Source of the DNA: Octopus sinensis
Lineage: Eukaryota
Length of the DNA stretch: 64,000 bases
Assembly: GCF_006345805.1 (NCBI RefSeq)
Contig: NC_043001.1
Coordinates: 135,532,001-135,596,000, forward strand
Direction: 5' to 3'
A model generated the notes under the pieces. It made no database searches. It was not told the origin of the DNA and worked only from the letters and a program-made list of their open reading frames with translations. Within the stretch, counting starts at the first letter, position 1, and the number at the start of each line of letters is the position of its first letter. A program made the position numbers and the translations under genes. Positions 1-12,002 of this stretch are shown piece by piece.

Positions 1-611
1 AATGAGATAAGTCAAAATATGAAGATATGAAGTCCAAAATGATATTGGATATAGAAATTCTTCACTTTAGATATCAGAAGAAGATGGGGAGCAGAAAGTG
101 GGGATAAGGCTTCTTGTTTTCTTTTATTCATCTTCCTATTCCAAGTGGCTGTACAGTCACAGTGAATTAGCACCATTGGAAAGTGCTATGCAATAACGGT
201 AAATCAGTGCCAGGGAGATCAAAGCAGTGTATGAACATTTTACCTATTGATGAAGAAAGATAACAGGTCAATGCGATTGATGTCTGCAAATTGCTTTGGA
301 GGCTTGACAGTTTTGATGGTGCTTTCCAGACATGTTATTCAATGAATGTTTGGATAATTCACCTTCGCCGCCACTCCAAAGATTCATTGCAATTGTATTT
401 GCTGTGCGAAACCTACTCACAGAATATTGCCTTGCTTTCGTATATGATGTAAAAGTGGCTGTTAGGGGAAATCAAAAAATGTAAACAGTTTTACACACGA
501 CATGGTTTACCATGAATTGTCAGTTGGTTTATGAAATGAAATACTGAATTATAAATTGGTGTCATACGTTGATACTAGGCATGTTGTTGTTGTTGTTGGT
601 GGTGGTGCTGC

Positions 612-800
612 TGCTTTTAGCCCCAGTGTTGATCAAGCAGAACTATGATCAAAAGCATTTCAGCTATAACCAACTTGTATGCTTTCCCCGGCGTAACATA
701 TATCTAGAATTATATAATCTAATGTATCCTTCCAATTAAAAAACTGCAGGGTGTGAGTCAAGGAAGATTTGGTTGTTATTTCTAGGAATGCTAACTACTC
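612..800 (+). mobile_element. Old unclassified interspersed repeat (family H)
   Basis: Motifs ctgatcaagcagac.tatgatcaaag and gatttggctgctatttctagca recur at ~8504-8640, 18795-18990, 26140-26310, 27470-27520, 36240-36320 and 61005-61075. Confidence 0.5.
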
Positions 801-1192
801 TGTAGGGATCACTGGTTGAGAAAACTCTATTTAAGAAATAAGGGATGAGTGATACCTTTCTCAATCCTTGATCTCTTACTCAATTCGCTGTTGCTGCCAC
901 CACCATTGCTACCATTTGCTCCTTGGATACTTTTAACAGAGTTCACTCTGTTGTAAGAATCTGGACCAGGTCTATGTTTTGCTTCGAGGACAACTCCTTC
1001 CTTTTAGTCTCAAAGGGTTATGGATACAGCCTTCCCCCCTCACTCATTGTTGTTATTGTTTTATGCCTGCTTTTCCATGTTGGTATAAGTTAGACAGGTT
1101 TTCAGAGGCAGTGGATTCCCTTTTAGTCATTAACCCATTTTAGTTGGTTTTTTTTACAGAATGTTAGGAAATGGGGTACCAATATAAAACTA

Positions 1193-1422
1193 GGCGGCGA
1201 GCTGGCAGAAACGTTAGTACGCCGGGCGAAATGCTTAGCGGTATTTCGTCTGCGTTACGTTGTGAGTTCAAATTCCGCCGAGGTCGACTTTGCCTTTCAT
1301 CCTTTCGGGGTCGATAAATTAAGCACCAGTTACGCACTGGGGTCGATGTAACCGACTTAATATCTATGTCTGTCCTTGTTTGTCCCCTCTGTGTTTAGCC
1401 CCTTGTGGGCAATAAAGAAACA
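1193..1422 (+). mobile_element. tRNA-derived SINE, family A (CORE-like, OK/OR-type octopus SINE)
   Basis: GGCGGCGAGCTGGCAGAA head, GAGTTCAAATTCC B-box, cctttcatcctttcggggtcgataaa core and aataaagaaa tail. 12-bp TSD aatataaaacta at 1181-1192 and 1423-1434. Confidence 0.9.
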
Positions 1423-2119
1423 AATATAAAACTAGGATATACACTAACTTCCCTTCCTAACCAAGCAGTGAAAAGCAGTGATGTAAATGGATGTAATGGC
1501 AAAGACAGAAAAATGAAACAAGGCCAATGGTTTCGCTGCAAATCAACAGTGGTTTACTTGCTGAATTATTTATTAAAACAAGCCAGTATATATGTATTTG
1601 CTCTTTGTCGTCAGCTAGTTGTTGCTGTTCTCTAATCAGGTTTAGAAATAGCCAATTGAATGCACATCTGAAATTATATTAAATATAACAAAACAGGAAA
1701 GTAGAAACTTTTTTTTTGCGCACTATTCATTCTCCATTACACATGTTTCATTTGCTAATAGGAATTGCAAAGTTTTACATGTTAGATAGACATGTCAGGA
1801 ATTTCTAATAGGAAATTCCTTACATATCTATATAACATGTAAAACTTTGTGATTCCTATTAGTAAACGAAACACATGTAACGGAGAGTAAATAATACCAA
1901 AAAATTTCCATTTTCCTGTTTTGTTACACAATAACTCTGCAAATAATATTTCTACAATTCTCAATTTTAATATGTATTTTGAACTAACATACAGCAGCAA
2001 CTATAGCCACATACTGAATTGTAATAATGGAATAAGCAGATGTGCTTCTTCAAGAGGAAACAGCCGGGATTTACCCTAACTACCTATATAATATGTATGT
2101 AGGTATGTGTGTGTGTGTG

Positions 2120-2187
2120 TGAATGTTGAAGCCTGGGAGCAGTTGATGGAAGATCGATTGATTTGGAAAGAACTGATCTTTTCCCAC
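2120..2187 (+). mobile_element. Short remnant of a LINE ORF C-terminus
   Basis: Translates NVEAWEQLMEDRLIWKELI, resembling the WxxLAxDRxxWR C-terminal motif of RTE-like ORFs. Confidence 0.35.
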
Positions 2188-2432
2188 AGGCATATGGCGT
2201 AGTGGTTAAGAGCACGGGCTACTAACCCCAAGATTCTGAGTTCAATTCCAAGCAGTGACCTGAACACTAATAATAATAATAACATTGAAAAATACCTTAG
2301 GAATGAGAACCCAGGTTCAAAATTTCCCCAAGACACCTGATGATGGCTGGAGGGTATATCAGCCGAAATAGTGTGTTAACAACAAACAAGATGAGGACAA
2401 ATATCCGTCGAATGTAAATAATGTAAATAATG
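2188..2432 (+). mobile_element. tRNA-derived SINE, family D
   Basis: A-box TGGCGTAGTGG, B-box GAGTTCAATTCC, internal (taa)n and (aaataatgt)n tail. A second copy lies at 54972-55190. Confidence 0.8.
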
Positions 2433-3421
2433 TGATCTACAATGGTTGTAAAGCATTTGAAACATGAGAATCGAACAATCCACCTTGGAACCAGTGCTTC
2501 GTATATAGAACCTAACTTCAATCTTAGACACTTTTTCTACCTGAAAATGTTTGTAACATCTGCAGTAGGATTTGTTTATCTAAAGTTGGATATTGCTAGT
2601 TGTTTGAGATCTCATGATGGCATTTATTATTAATTGAAGAGATGGCCATCTTCTGTAAAGAAGTGACAAACACTACATATAATCCAGATGTAAGAGTGTT
2701 TAATTAAAACAGTGGCATCCAATGAGAGAACTAGTGATGGATGGATATGTGTTAGCATGTAGTCAAACAAACAAGCCACAGTGCCTAAAAACATTAGACT
2801 TTTCCTTGTGATAAAATAATTTATTTCATTTTGTAAATGTATTCAAGCTACTGTATTTAGTTATCTGTGTACTGTATCACAGCAGTTTCCTCCAGTTTTA
2901 TCAATTTTGTGGTCTAAACTAGATGTTCTAAACTGCTGTTCATATGACCCTTGTCTTTCTATATAAGATTTCCTTAAAGTTTTATTGTACAATAGTTTGG
3001 CTATACTTTCACAATACACAAAATATTTTAATAATTTTTTTTATATAATTCCTAATGATATTTAATTATAAAAATATGATAGGATATTTTTTTTAAATAC
3101 CAACGGTTATGAGGGACCATCTGAGTAAAATAGCAATCAAAGGGGTAAAAAATTCATAGGTAAAAAATGGTTAAGAAACACTGGCCTAAACCATTTTTAG
3201 TCGGTATGTCTGGAGATTTAGATGGTGTTTGCAAGGTCGAGAGACAACAGGTGGACTGAGGTGGCAATTTGTAATCCTAATTCTTAGAAATTTATCACAC
3301 CTGAGTGAAAATCTACCACAAAACTTGGTTCTGGAGAAACAAAACATGGTCATTTCTTTGAAGGCCCAATATACCTTGTGCTTAACTGTGAGAAGTAATA
3401 TTTCTTCATAGCATCTGTTAA

Positions 3422-3642
3422 CCCTTTCGTTACTGTATTTATTTTGAGATGCTCTGTGTTTCTTTCAATTACTTTAAATATAACAAAGAATTTACTATAA
3501 TAACTTAGTTATCATTCAGCTAGTGTAAGGAACATAAATTGTGACTAAGGTTTGGTGGAAGATTTTAATTAAAAACTTATGAAAACAAGACATTTGTACT
3601 ACAGTGCCAGAGGTGGTTTCAGCCGGGTTTGTAACGAAAGGG
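3422..3642. mobile_element. piggyBac-type MITE, family P1
   Basis: TIR CCCTTTCGTTAC...GTAACGAAAGGG with TTAA on both sides (3418-3421, 3643-3646). Homologous to 47349-47578 and 47677-47897. Confidence 0.85.
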
Positions 3643-3794
3643 TTAATAAATATATTGACAGAGCTGACAATAGGTTAGTATCTTCTTTCAGGGAGACATA
3701 GTATCATTGGTAGCAAGACATAAATACTTAACACTTAGGTCTAGCTGGCTGGCAAGATTCTGCCATTTAATATCTTTGGATATCTGCTACTAGT

Positions 3795-4177
3795 GGAGGT
3801 GCAATGGCCCAGTGGTTAGGGCAGCGGACTCGCGGTCATAGGATCGCGGTTTTGATTCCCAGACCGGGCGTTGTGAGTGTTTATTGAGCGAAAACACCTA
3901 AAGCTCCACGAGGCTCCTGCAGGGGTTGGTGGTGACCCCTGCTGTACTCTTTCACCACAACTTTCTCTCACTCTTACTTCCTGTTTCTGTTGTACCTGTA
4001 TTTCAAAGGGCCGGCCTTGTCACTCTCTGTGTCACGCTGAATATCCCCAAGAACTATGTTAAGTGTACACGTGTCTGTGGAGTGCTCAGCCACTTACACG
4101 TTAATTTCACGAGCAGGCTGTTCCGTTCATTCGGATCAACTGGAACCCTCATCGTCATAACCGACGGAGTACTTCCA
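3795..4177 (+). mobile_element. tRNA-derived SINE, family C
   Basis: GGAGGTGCAATGGCCCAGTGGTTAGG head with A/B boxes. Near-identical copies at 8107-8492 and 46733-47120. Confidence 0.9.
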
Positions 4178-4677
4178 CTGTTGCAGCGTTCAACATGATA
4201 TCTGGGCGACAGTCTTCCTCATCCACTAGTTCAATGCTGTTAAATGACACCCCACTAAAACAACGAAAACAACAACACTCAATCTAACATTTCCATATAT
4301 TACATGAAATTAATTTCTAAAGAATATTTTTTCCAATTTTTGTTTTATCACAAATTCTATAAATCATTAAATGAGCAATCACATCTTAAAGAAACCCCTT
4401 TACCACCACCACACACATGCATGTGCCCTGCTTTCCCACCTGCTAGCAGCTGTGAAATTTATTGACAGACATATGGATCTGACTTGGAAATGATTCATCT
4501 CACATTATGGAATGTCATGAATGGTATCTTTAACAGCGCCATGTTTATTACAAACATTTCATGCTTAGACATTGATCAGCAGTAAGTTTTAAAAACTATT
4601 CCACCGTGAATAAATCTTTATACACAGCCAGCATCCATATTCAACCTCAGATCATCCTGTATATATTCCATTGAATC

Positions 4678-5135
4678 ACATTTCATTTCATTTGAGTTTG
4701 AGTCCATGCTCAGGCCAAGTCGAAGACTCCACCCTCAGAGTCTGGTGTGGTTGCCAGGTTGTATTCTCTGTTTAATTTTGACATGTGTAGTAGCGAGTTT
4801 GAGTCAGTTTGTGCTCGTTGTGTATATCCTGGGAGATGGGGTTCATCTCTAATGGTGCTTAAGTATCTATCCAGCTGCAATTTGAATGATTCCACACTGC
4901 ATCCTGATAGATTTCTGACATGTACCGGAATGGAGTTGAATAGTTGTGCTCCTCGAACCAACAGACTTGACTCTCGCAGGGTTTTTGCTGCCTGGCCAGC
5001 CTTTTTTGTTGATTGGTGGTAGCTGGCAGCGTCTTCTGTGGCGCAGTGAGTGGTAGGTTTTGATACCAAAGTTGGGCACCTTTTGCTCTATCATTTTCCA
5101 TTTTCTAAAATGCATTCTAACCATCGACATCTAAA
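4678..5135 (-). mobile_element. 3' fragment of a CR1/L2-group LINE
   Basis: Minus-strand peptides WKMIEQKVPNFGIKTY and RGAQLFNSIPVHVRNLSGCSVESFKLQLDRYLSTIRDEP match the typical CR1-group ORF2 C-terminus. Ends in an (aaatg)n tail. Confidence 0.75.
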
Positions 5136-5264
5136 TTTTTTTTTTCTGGTGTATTAAACTCAGGACTTGATCATCTTATGTATTAATCCATTTTGGGATA
5201 GAAGAGTCAAGTTTGAGGTAGATTCATTAGCTGCTATTTCTAATGCCTCTTGTTTGGTCAGAGC

Positions 5265-5462
5265 AAATACAGACACAGAGAGACACACATGTATATACGC
5301 TACAGACTTCTTTCAGTTTCCATCTACCAAATCCACTAACAAAGTTTTGGTTGGCCCAAGACTATAGTAGAAGACACATGCCCAAGGTGCCATGCTGTAG
5401 GATGGAACCTAGAATCATGTGATTGGAAAGCAAGCTTTTTACCAAAAAGCCATGCCTGCACC
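5265..5462 (-). mobile_element. SINE family B, 5' half, degenerate
   Basis: Reverse complement of the family B head (gtgtcttctactatag, ggaaactgaaagaag). Confidence 0.75.
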
Positions 5463-5496
5463 TAATTTTTCAGTTATTAAGACAAAATTTAGTAAA

Positions 5497-6287
5497 TTAT
5501 TCTTTTGCTTGTTTCAGTTTGCAACCATGCCGGAGCACCACCTTTAGCTGAAGAAATCGACTCCAGGACTTATTCTTTGTAAACTTAGTACATAGCCATC
5601 TTAGTTTCAGGGACATAAGCATACTGACATCAGTTGTCAAGCAATGGTAGGAAGACAAACACAGACACACACGCACACATAAATATATATATATATATAT
5701 ATGGCTGCTTCCTGCACCAGTTTCGCATAGCCCCAGCCCATCCAAAGTACCTTGGATTGCAGAACGACCTGCTGTGCTTGAGGAGACCTATTGAGTCAAT
5801 AACATCAGCATCAAAATAAATATCAAATGGAAATTGTAGTTATGATACTTGTGCCAGTGGCACATAAAAAGCACCATCCGAATGTGGCTGATGCCAGTGC
5901 TGCCTTGACTGGTTTCTGTGCCGGTGGCACGTAAAAAGCACCAGCCAATCGTGGCTGCTGCCAGCCTCCCCTGGCATGTAAAAAGCACCCACTACACCCA
6001 TGGAGTGGTTGGCGTTAGGAAGAGCATCCAGCTGTAGAAACACTGCCAGATTAGACTGGAGCCTGGTGCAGCCTCATGGTTTCCCAGACCCCGGTTGAAC
6101 CGTCCAACCTGTGCTAGCATGGAAAACGGACGTTAAACGATGATGATGATGACAGGCATCTACCAAATTCACTAATAAAGCTTTGGTTGGCCCAAAGCTA
6201 TAGTAGAAGACACTTGCCCAAGGTACCATGCAGTGGGACTGAACCCAGAACTATGTGGTTGGGAAGAAAGCTTCTTACTACACAGCA
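5497..6287 (-). mobile_element. SINE family B split by an RTE-UTR insertion
   Basis: Tail half at 5497-5700 and head half at 6153-6287, separated at the internal (TA)n. Confidence 0.75.
5701..6152 (+). mobile_element. RTE 3'-UTR-only element
   Basis: Ends ...ggaagggcatccagctgtagaaac...gttaaacgatgatgat. Start is homologous to the beginning of the long RTE 3' UTR and matches 52727-53207. Confidence 0.85.
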
Positions 6288-6608
6288 TCAAACTTGGTGG
6301 AATTTGAACTCAGAAAGTGAAAGGAAGTAACTAAAGACCACTACACCACACCTTAAGTCTGCTGACTTTGAGACCCATCACTAAATATTTCAGCCAATGC
6401 TCTAGCAATTCTGCCATTCAACAAAATAATAATATGTGTTCTTTAGCAGTCATCGGGAATTGACCAGGACTTTAAATTAAAACAGTTTTCTACCACAAAT
6501 CCTATACCAGAGGTGGCAATGGAATGGTTATTGCATGGTTTATCAGATTAATGAACACACACACATACACACTTAAAAAAAACCTAGCTTTCATGTCCTC
6601 ATCACTGT

Positions 6609-6950
6609 CATGATTGCCTCCACCACTACCACCACCACCACCATCACCACCACCACCACTACCATCACCACCACTACCACCACCACCACTACCATCACCA
6701 CCACCACCACCACTACCATCACCACCACCACCACCACCACTATCACCACCACCACCACTACCACTGCCACCACCACCACTGCCATCACCACCACTGCCAT
6801 CACCACCACTACCAACATCACCACTACCACCACCACCACTACCATCACCACCACCACCACCACCACTACCACTACCACCACCACTGCCACCACCACTACC
6901 ATCACCACCACTACCACCACCACTACTACTACCACCACCATCACAACAAT
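6609..6950. repeat. Compound (ACC/ACT/ATC)n trinucleotide repeat
   Basis: Seen directly. Explains the poly-T, poly-P, poly-V and poly-G ORFs. Confidence 0.95.
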
Positions 6951-7167
6951 AACAGAGGCATTCACATTCACAACCATCTGTATTGCTTGTAATATACAAA
7001 CCAAGCACGAAAGAATGGACTCTTAAACGGTGGCGATGATGACATTCACCGCAACCAGTATAACTATCTTTAAGATAGGATATGGCAGAGGCCCTCAACA
7101 GTTGAAGAGATTTAAATAGCATTGTATTGATTCCATTGACAGTTACCAATGATAGTTAGTAACTCAG

Positions 7168-7489
7168 AATCACACAACCACAGAACTACATAATTAAAGA
7201 AGCACACAGCACAGAACTCCACAATCGCATAGCCACGGAATCACACAGCTCCCACATTTACAGAACCACACGGCTATATATATATATACATGTATATACA
7301 TAGAACCATGCAAGAACACATCCACAGTAGCACACATGTACATATTTACAGAGCCATACAACTACACATTCACAGAACTCCACAATCACACAACCACAGA
7401 ACTACATAATTAAAGAAGCACACAGCACAGAACGCCACAATCGCATAGCCACGGAATCACACAGCTCCCACATTTACAGAACCACACAG

Positions 7490-7524
<35 letters not shown>

Positions 7525-7626
7525 GAACCATGCAAGAACACATCCACAGTAGCACACATGTACATATTTACAGAGCCATACGACTACACATTCACAGAAC
7601 TCCACAATCACACAACCACAGAACTA
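7168..7626. repeat. ~2.1 tandem copies of a 216-222 bp A/C-rich unit
   Basis: aatcacacaaccacagaacta restarts at 7168, 7384 and 7606. Units differ mainly in (TA)n length. Confidence 0.9.
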
Positions 7627-8106
7627 TACGGTCGCAAAGTCACGCATCGATACACCACAGCACAACACAACAAAACACTGCAGAATTACACATGTTCAGA
7701 ACTACTTAAGATATCTGAATCTAACATTTGTTAAATACTGAATAATAAAATAGAAAGAAAGAAAAAAATCAAACAAGCAAATAAACAATTGATGCCATAA
7801 CAAAATCAGGAAGAGAACTGTTATGTTAATACAATATTCATGCTGGCAGCAAGAAAAATGGCAAGAGAGTAGTATGGTGATTATGACTCAAAGAAATGGA
7901 AATCTTAGCTTTAACAAATAAATTTGCTTTGAGTGTATGGACACATCACTGATGATAGCCACTTCTGGCTATTTCTGTTTACTTCCCCTTTCAGTCATTG
8001 TTATAGAGGGAGCTGCTGTAGTGGATGGCTCAAGAGTTCAAAGCAATTCTTTAATGAAGTCAGGGGTTGTTGTTGTTGTTTTCTGTTGGTGATTTACTCC
8101 AAGCCA

Positions 8107-8492
8107 GGCGCAATGACTCAGTGGTTAGGGCAGCGGACTCGCGGTCATAGGATCGCGGTTTCAATTCCCAGACCGGGCGTTGTGAGTGTTTATTGAGCGA
8201 AAACACCTAAAGCTCCACGAGGCTCCGGCAGGGGATGGTGGTGATCCCTGCTGTACTCTTTCACCACAACTTTCTCTCACTCTTACTTCCTGTTTCTGTT
8301 GTACCTGTATTTCAAAGGGCCGGCCTTGTCACTCTCTGTGTCACGCTGAATATTTCCGAGAACTACGTTAAGGGTACACGTGTCTGTGGAGTGCTCAGCC
8401 ACTTACACGTTAATTTCACGAGCAGGCTGTTCCGTTCATTCGGATCAACTGGAACCCTCATCGTCGTAACCAACGGAGTGCTTCCATCATCC
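8107..8492 (+). mobile_element. SINE family C
   Basis: Full copy with 11-bp TSD actccaagcca (8096-8106, 8493-8503), inserted into a family H repeat. Confidence 0.9.
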
Positions 8493-8745
8493 ACTCCAAG
8501 CCAGTTCTGATCAAGCAGATGTAGGATCAAAGTTGTTCCATCCATAACTATTCTGTCTATTTCAAATACACTGTATACATGCTTCTATTCAGTGACTTGA
8601 GATAGACTTAGCTGCTATTTCTAGCAAACAGAGTGGGAACATAAAAACTTACTTGTTAACTTCATGAACTTAGGATGGGAGAGGAAACTGCAGTGTTGCT
8701 TCTCTAATCTACACCATATGTGTGTGTGAATAAATATATTTATAT

Positions 8746-9010
8746 ATACTGGGTGTGATGGGTAAATTGCTGTCATATTATATTTTTAATTTCAAGCATG
8801 TGCATTATTTGTTTTTGATTTTGTTGACTACACAGTATTGTAGGGTCTGTTGGGCACAGTATGTGAGAAAAAACAGCCCCATGTTGCAATTCTCTCTGCA
8901 GTAAATTTGGAAATGACATGATGTACTGCTTGATACTTGCACTGGAAGCACCAATATGAGCATTTCAAAGTGTTTGGGTGTCAATCTGGACACGTACCAA
9001 GAGTGATAAA
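8746..9010 (+). mobile_element. 5' fragment of a Tc1/mariner-superfamily element
   Basis: TA-initiated end followed by the decayed frame MLQFSLQ*IWK*HDVLLDTCTGSTNMSISKCLGVNL, resembling an N-terminal HTH (ISxxLGVN). Confidence 0.4.
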
Positions 9011-9065
9011 AATCAAACATCCAGTCAACATGGCAATATATGTGTATATGTGCATATAATACAAG

Positions 9066-9121
<56 letters not shown>

Positions 9122-9143
9122 GAATATATGAATGCATAGATGA

Positions 9144-9279
9144 CATTAGGAAGGGCATCCAGCTGTAGAAAACCATGCCAAATAAGACTGGAATCTGGTG
9201 CAGCCTTCCAGCGTGCCAGCCCACTAAAACCGTCCAACCCATGCCAGCATGGACAACAAGAACGTTAAATGATGATGAT
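9144..9279 (+). mobile_element. RTE 3' tail fragment
   Basis: aggaagggcatccagctgtagaaaac...gttaaatgatgatgat followed by (TA)n. Confidence 0.8.
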
Positions 9280-9297
9280 ATATATATAATGTGGAGG

Positions 9298-9609
9298 TGG
9301 AGGTGCAATGGCCCAGTGGTTAGGGTAGCGGATTCGCAGTCGCAGGATCGCGGTTTCGATTCCCAGACCGGGCGTTGTGAGTGTTTATTGAGTGAAAACA
9401 CCTAAAGCTCCATGAGGCTCCGGCAGGGGATGGTGGCGATCCCTGCTGTACTCTTTCACCACAACTTTCTCTCACTCTTTCTTCTGTTGGCCTGCCCGCT
9501 TAGCCAGCGGGTTGGCGTCATTTGAAGGCTAAAACAATGCGAAGCTCATTGTGACCAGCGATGTGTAACAACATCTGATAGTCTGGTCGGTCACGGTGAT
9601 CACGGTGAT
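9298..9609 (+). mobile_element. SINE with family C head and an alternative 3' tail
   Basis: First ~185 bp match family C, then diverge into ...gtgaccagcgatgtgtaacaacatctgatagtctggtcggtcacggtgat. Confidence 0.8.
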
Positions 9610-10200
9610 ATATATATATTTATATTTATATATATAATATTATATACACTATGCGTGTGCATGCACACACGCACAAAAGTAGTAATAGCAACAGTAAAGT
9701 GTTAGGAGTCATATCAACAGCAGCACTTACAGTAGTGGTAGCAACAACAGTAACAACAACAACAACAGCAATACTATGATTTAAAAGCTAGATGTGAAAC
9801 AGTGAACACATGTCCTTACATCTTAGTTGTTTGCTATTATTATTGTTCAGTGAAAGCCAGTGAAACTGTGAAAGTATTTGATTAAAGGCTTGCAGAGAAC
9901 AAGTCAACAGGACATGTTTTGACAAGCTGGACATTTGGAAAAGGTTATACTTGGCAAGCCAACATTAATGCTTCCATTTACACAGATCATGTTCTTTACT
10001 TTACTTACAAAAACACATTCTGCATAGATATATACATATATATATACATATATATATAAACGTATGTATGTAGCCTTTACAAACAGGCATATGTATATAG
10101 ATTCCAGTATGCATTTAGAGAGATATATACACAGACACTTATACTGATGCCTTAATATACATACACAAACATGTATATATCTGTATGTGTGTGTGTGTGC

Positions 10201-10252
<52 letters not shown>

Positions 10253-10256
<4 letters not shown>

Positions 10257-10722
10257 TCATCATTTAACGTCCGCTTTCCATGCTAGCATGGGTTGGACGG
10301 TTCAACTGGGGTCTGGGAAGCCTGAAGGCTGCACCAGGTCCAGTCTGATCTGGCAGTGTTTCTACGGCTGGATGCCCTTCCTAACGCCAACCACTCCGTG
10401 AGTGTAGTGCGTGCTTTTTACGTGCCACTGGCACAGGTGCCAGACGAGGCTGGCAAACGGCCACGATCGGATGGTGCTTTTTACATGCCACCGGCACGGG
10501 GACCAGGCGAAGCTGGCAATGGCCACAGTCGGATGGTGTTTTTTATGTGCCACCAGCACGGAGGCCAGTCAGGTGGCGCTGGCTACGGCCACATTCAGAT
10601 GGTTCTCTTACGTGCCACCAGCACTGGTATCACAGCTACAAATTCCATTGATGTTGATAGATTACAATTTTGATTTTCACTTGCCTCAACAGGTCTTCAC
10701 AAGTGGAGTTTTGTGTCCCAAG
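10253..10722 (-). mobile_element. 5'-truncated RTE (3' UTR with ~60-bp repeats)
   Basis: (atc)n tail next to (TA)n. About four ggtgcttttt.cgtgccaccggcac units. Confidence 0.85.
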
Positions 10723-11189
10723 GGTTAAGCAACAAGTTGTTTAACCACATACCAAAAATTTAGAAATAGCAGCCAAAGACAGCTTATTCCTCTTTACTAC
10801 AGATATTACTCCACAGTTAACAATACTTGTAACTCACATAGACAAAGGAAGAAAAATAACGAAATCAAACATTCTTCGATTAATTGTGGACATGTTTCTG
10901 GGTTAGAATTATACAAATTCATTCCCGTCCTCAGCACAATAATTTGATAATTTATAAATTTGAAAATGCTATGAACCTACCCTTTGCACCCCGATCCAGC
11001 ACCATCGGGAAATAACAGAAGATAGTCAGCACATTCAAATCTATATAGACAAATGAATTCGTATTTTCCCTCCATGTGCATCACAAAATAGTACCACAGA
11101 AAGAGAACTGCGGTTTGTTATACGGGAGTGAAAAATTCATTACAAATATAAGGGTAAATAACACACACACGCATGTGTGTGTGTGTGTG

Positions 11190-11668
11190 TGTGATGCATA
11201 TGGAGGAAGACAGCTGTGTAAAGAAGTGCCAGTCTCTAACTGTGGAGGGAACCTGTGGATGAGGTAGATCGAGGAAGACATGGGACGAAGTGGTGAAGCA
11301 TGATCTTCAAACGTTGGGCCTCAAGGAGGCGATGACAAGTGACAGAGACCTTTGGCAATATGTTGTACTTGAGAAGACTTGTCAAGCCAAGTGAAATCGT
11401 AGTTGAGACCAATGGTGGTGCTACATAACTGGCACCCATGCCGGTGGCACATAAAAAGCACCTGTGCTGGTGACACAAAAAAAGCACATTAAAAGCACTC
11501 ATTACACTCTTGGAGTGGTAGACGTTAGGAAGGGTGTCCAGTCTTAGAAACCATGCCAAAGCGGACTAGAACCTGATGCAGTCTTCTGGCTTCCCAGTTC
11601 CAGTCAAAATGCCCAACCCATGCCAGCTTGGAAAACGTAAGTGAAATGATGCTGATGCTGATGATGAT
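11190..11668 (+). mobile_element. 5'-truncated RTE with ORF C-terminus
   Basis: KKCQSLTVEGTCG*GRSRKTWDEVVKHDLQTLGLKEAMTSDRDLWQY matches the C-terminus of the long copy; (gat)n tail. Confidence 0.85.
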
Positions 11669-11697
11669 AATATAAATATATATTAAATAGTCATATC

Positions 11698-11910
11698 TTT
11701 TATCTTTCATTTGTTTTAGTCATTAGACTGTGGCCATGCTGGAGTACTGCCCTGAAGGGTTTAGTTGAGCAAATAGACCCCATCACTCTCTTTTGCTGAA
11801 CCACTAAGTTACAGGGAAATAAATCAACACTGATTGTCAGACATTGGTGTTGGAAGTAGGAGACAAACACACTGACACACACACATATATGAAGGGCTTC
11901 CACACAGTTT
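11698..11910 (-). mobile_element. SINE family B, 3' half
   Basis: tttagtcattagactgtggccatgctggag tail motif. Confidence 0.75.
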
Positions 11911-12002
11911 CCATAAGGAGTGAAAGGTTTAAGTTATATAAAGGTACCTCCATTACTTCTGCCTAACATTTTTTATCATTACACACACACACACACAATA
12001 TT

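Noticed and set aside
180-480. Possible ancient Tc1-like remnant on the minus strand (LEW...IE*HVW)
   Set aside because: Only a loose motif match with stops and no TIRs; too weak to call.
3090-3185. hAT-like MITE end (ggttaagaaacactg; also ~49080)
   Set aside because: The matching 5' TIR and an 8-bp TSD could not be located.
3795-3870. tRNA genes
   Set aside because: A/B boxes are SINE heads that run into SINE bodies; no complete cloverleaf was found at any copy.
6502-7149. Gly-, Pro-, Thr- or Val-rich proteins
   Set aside because: These are readings of an (ACC)n repeat.
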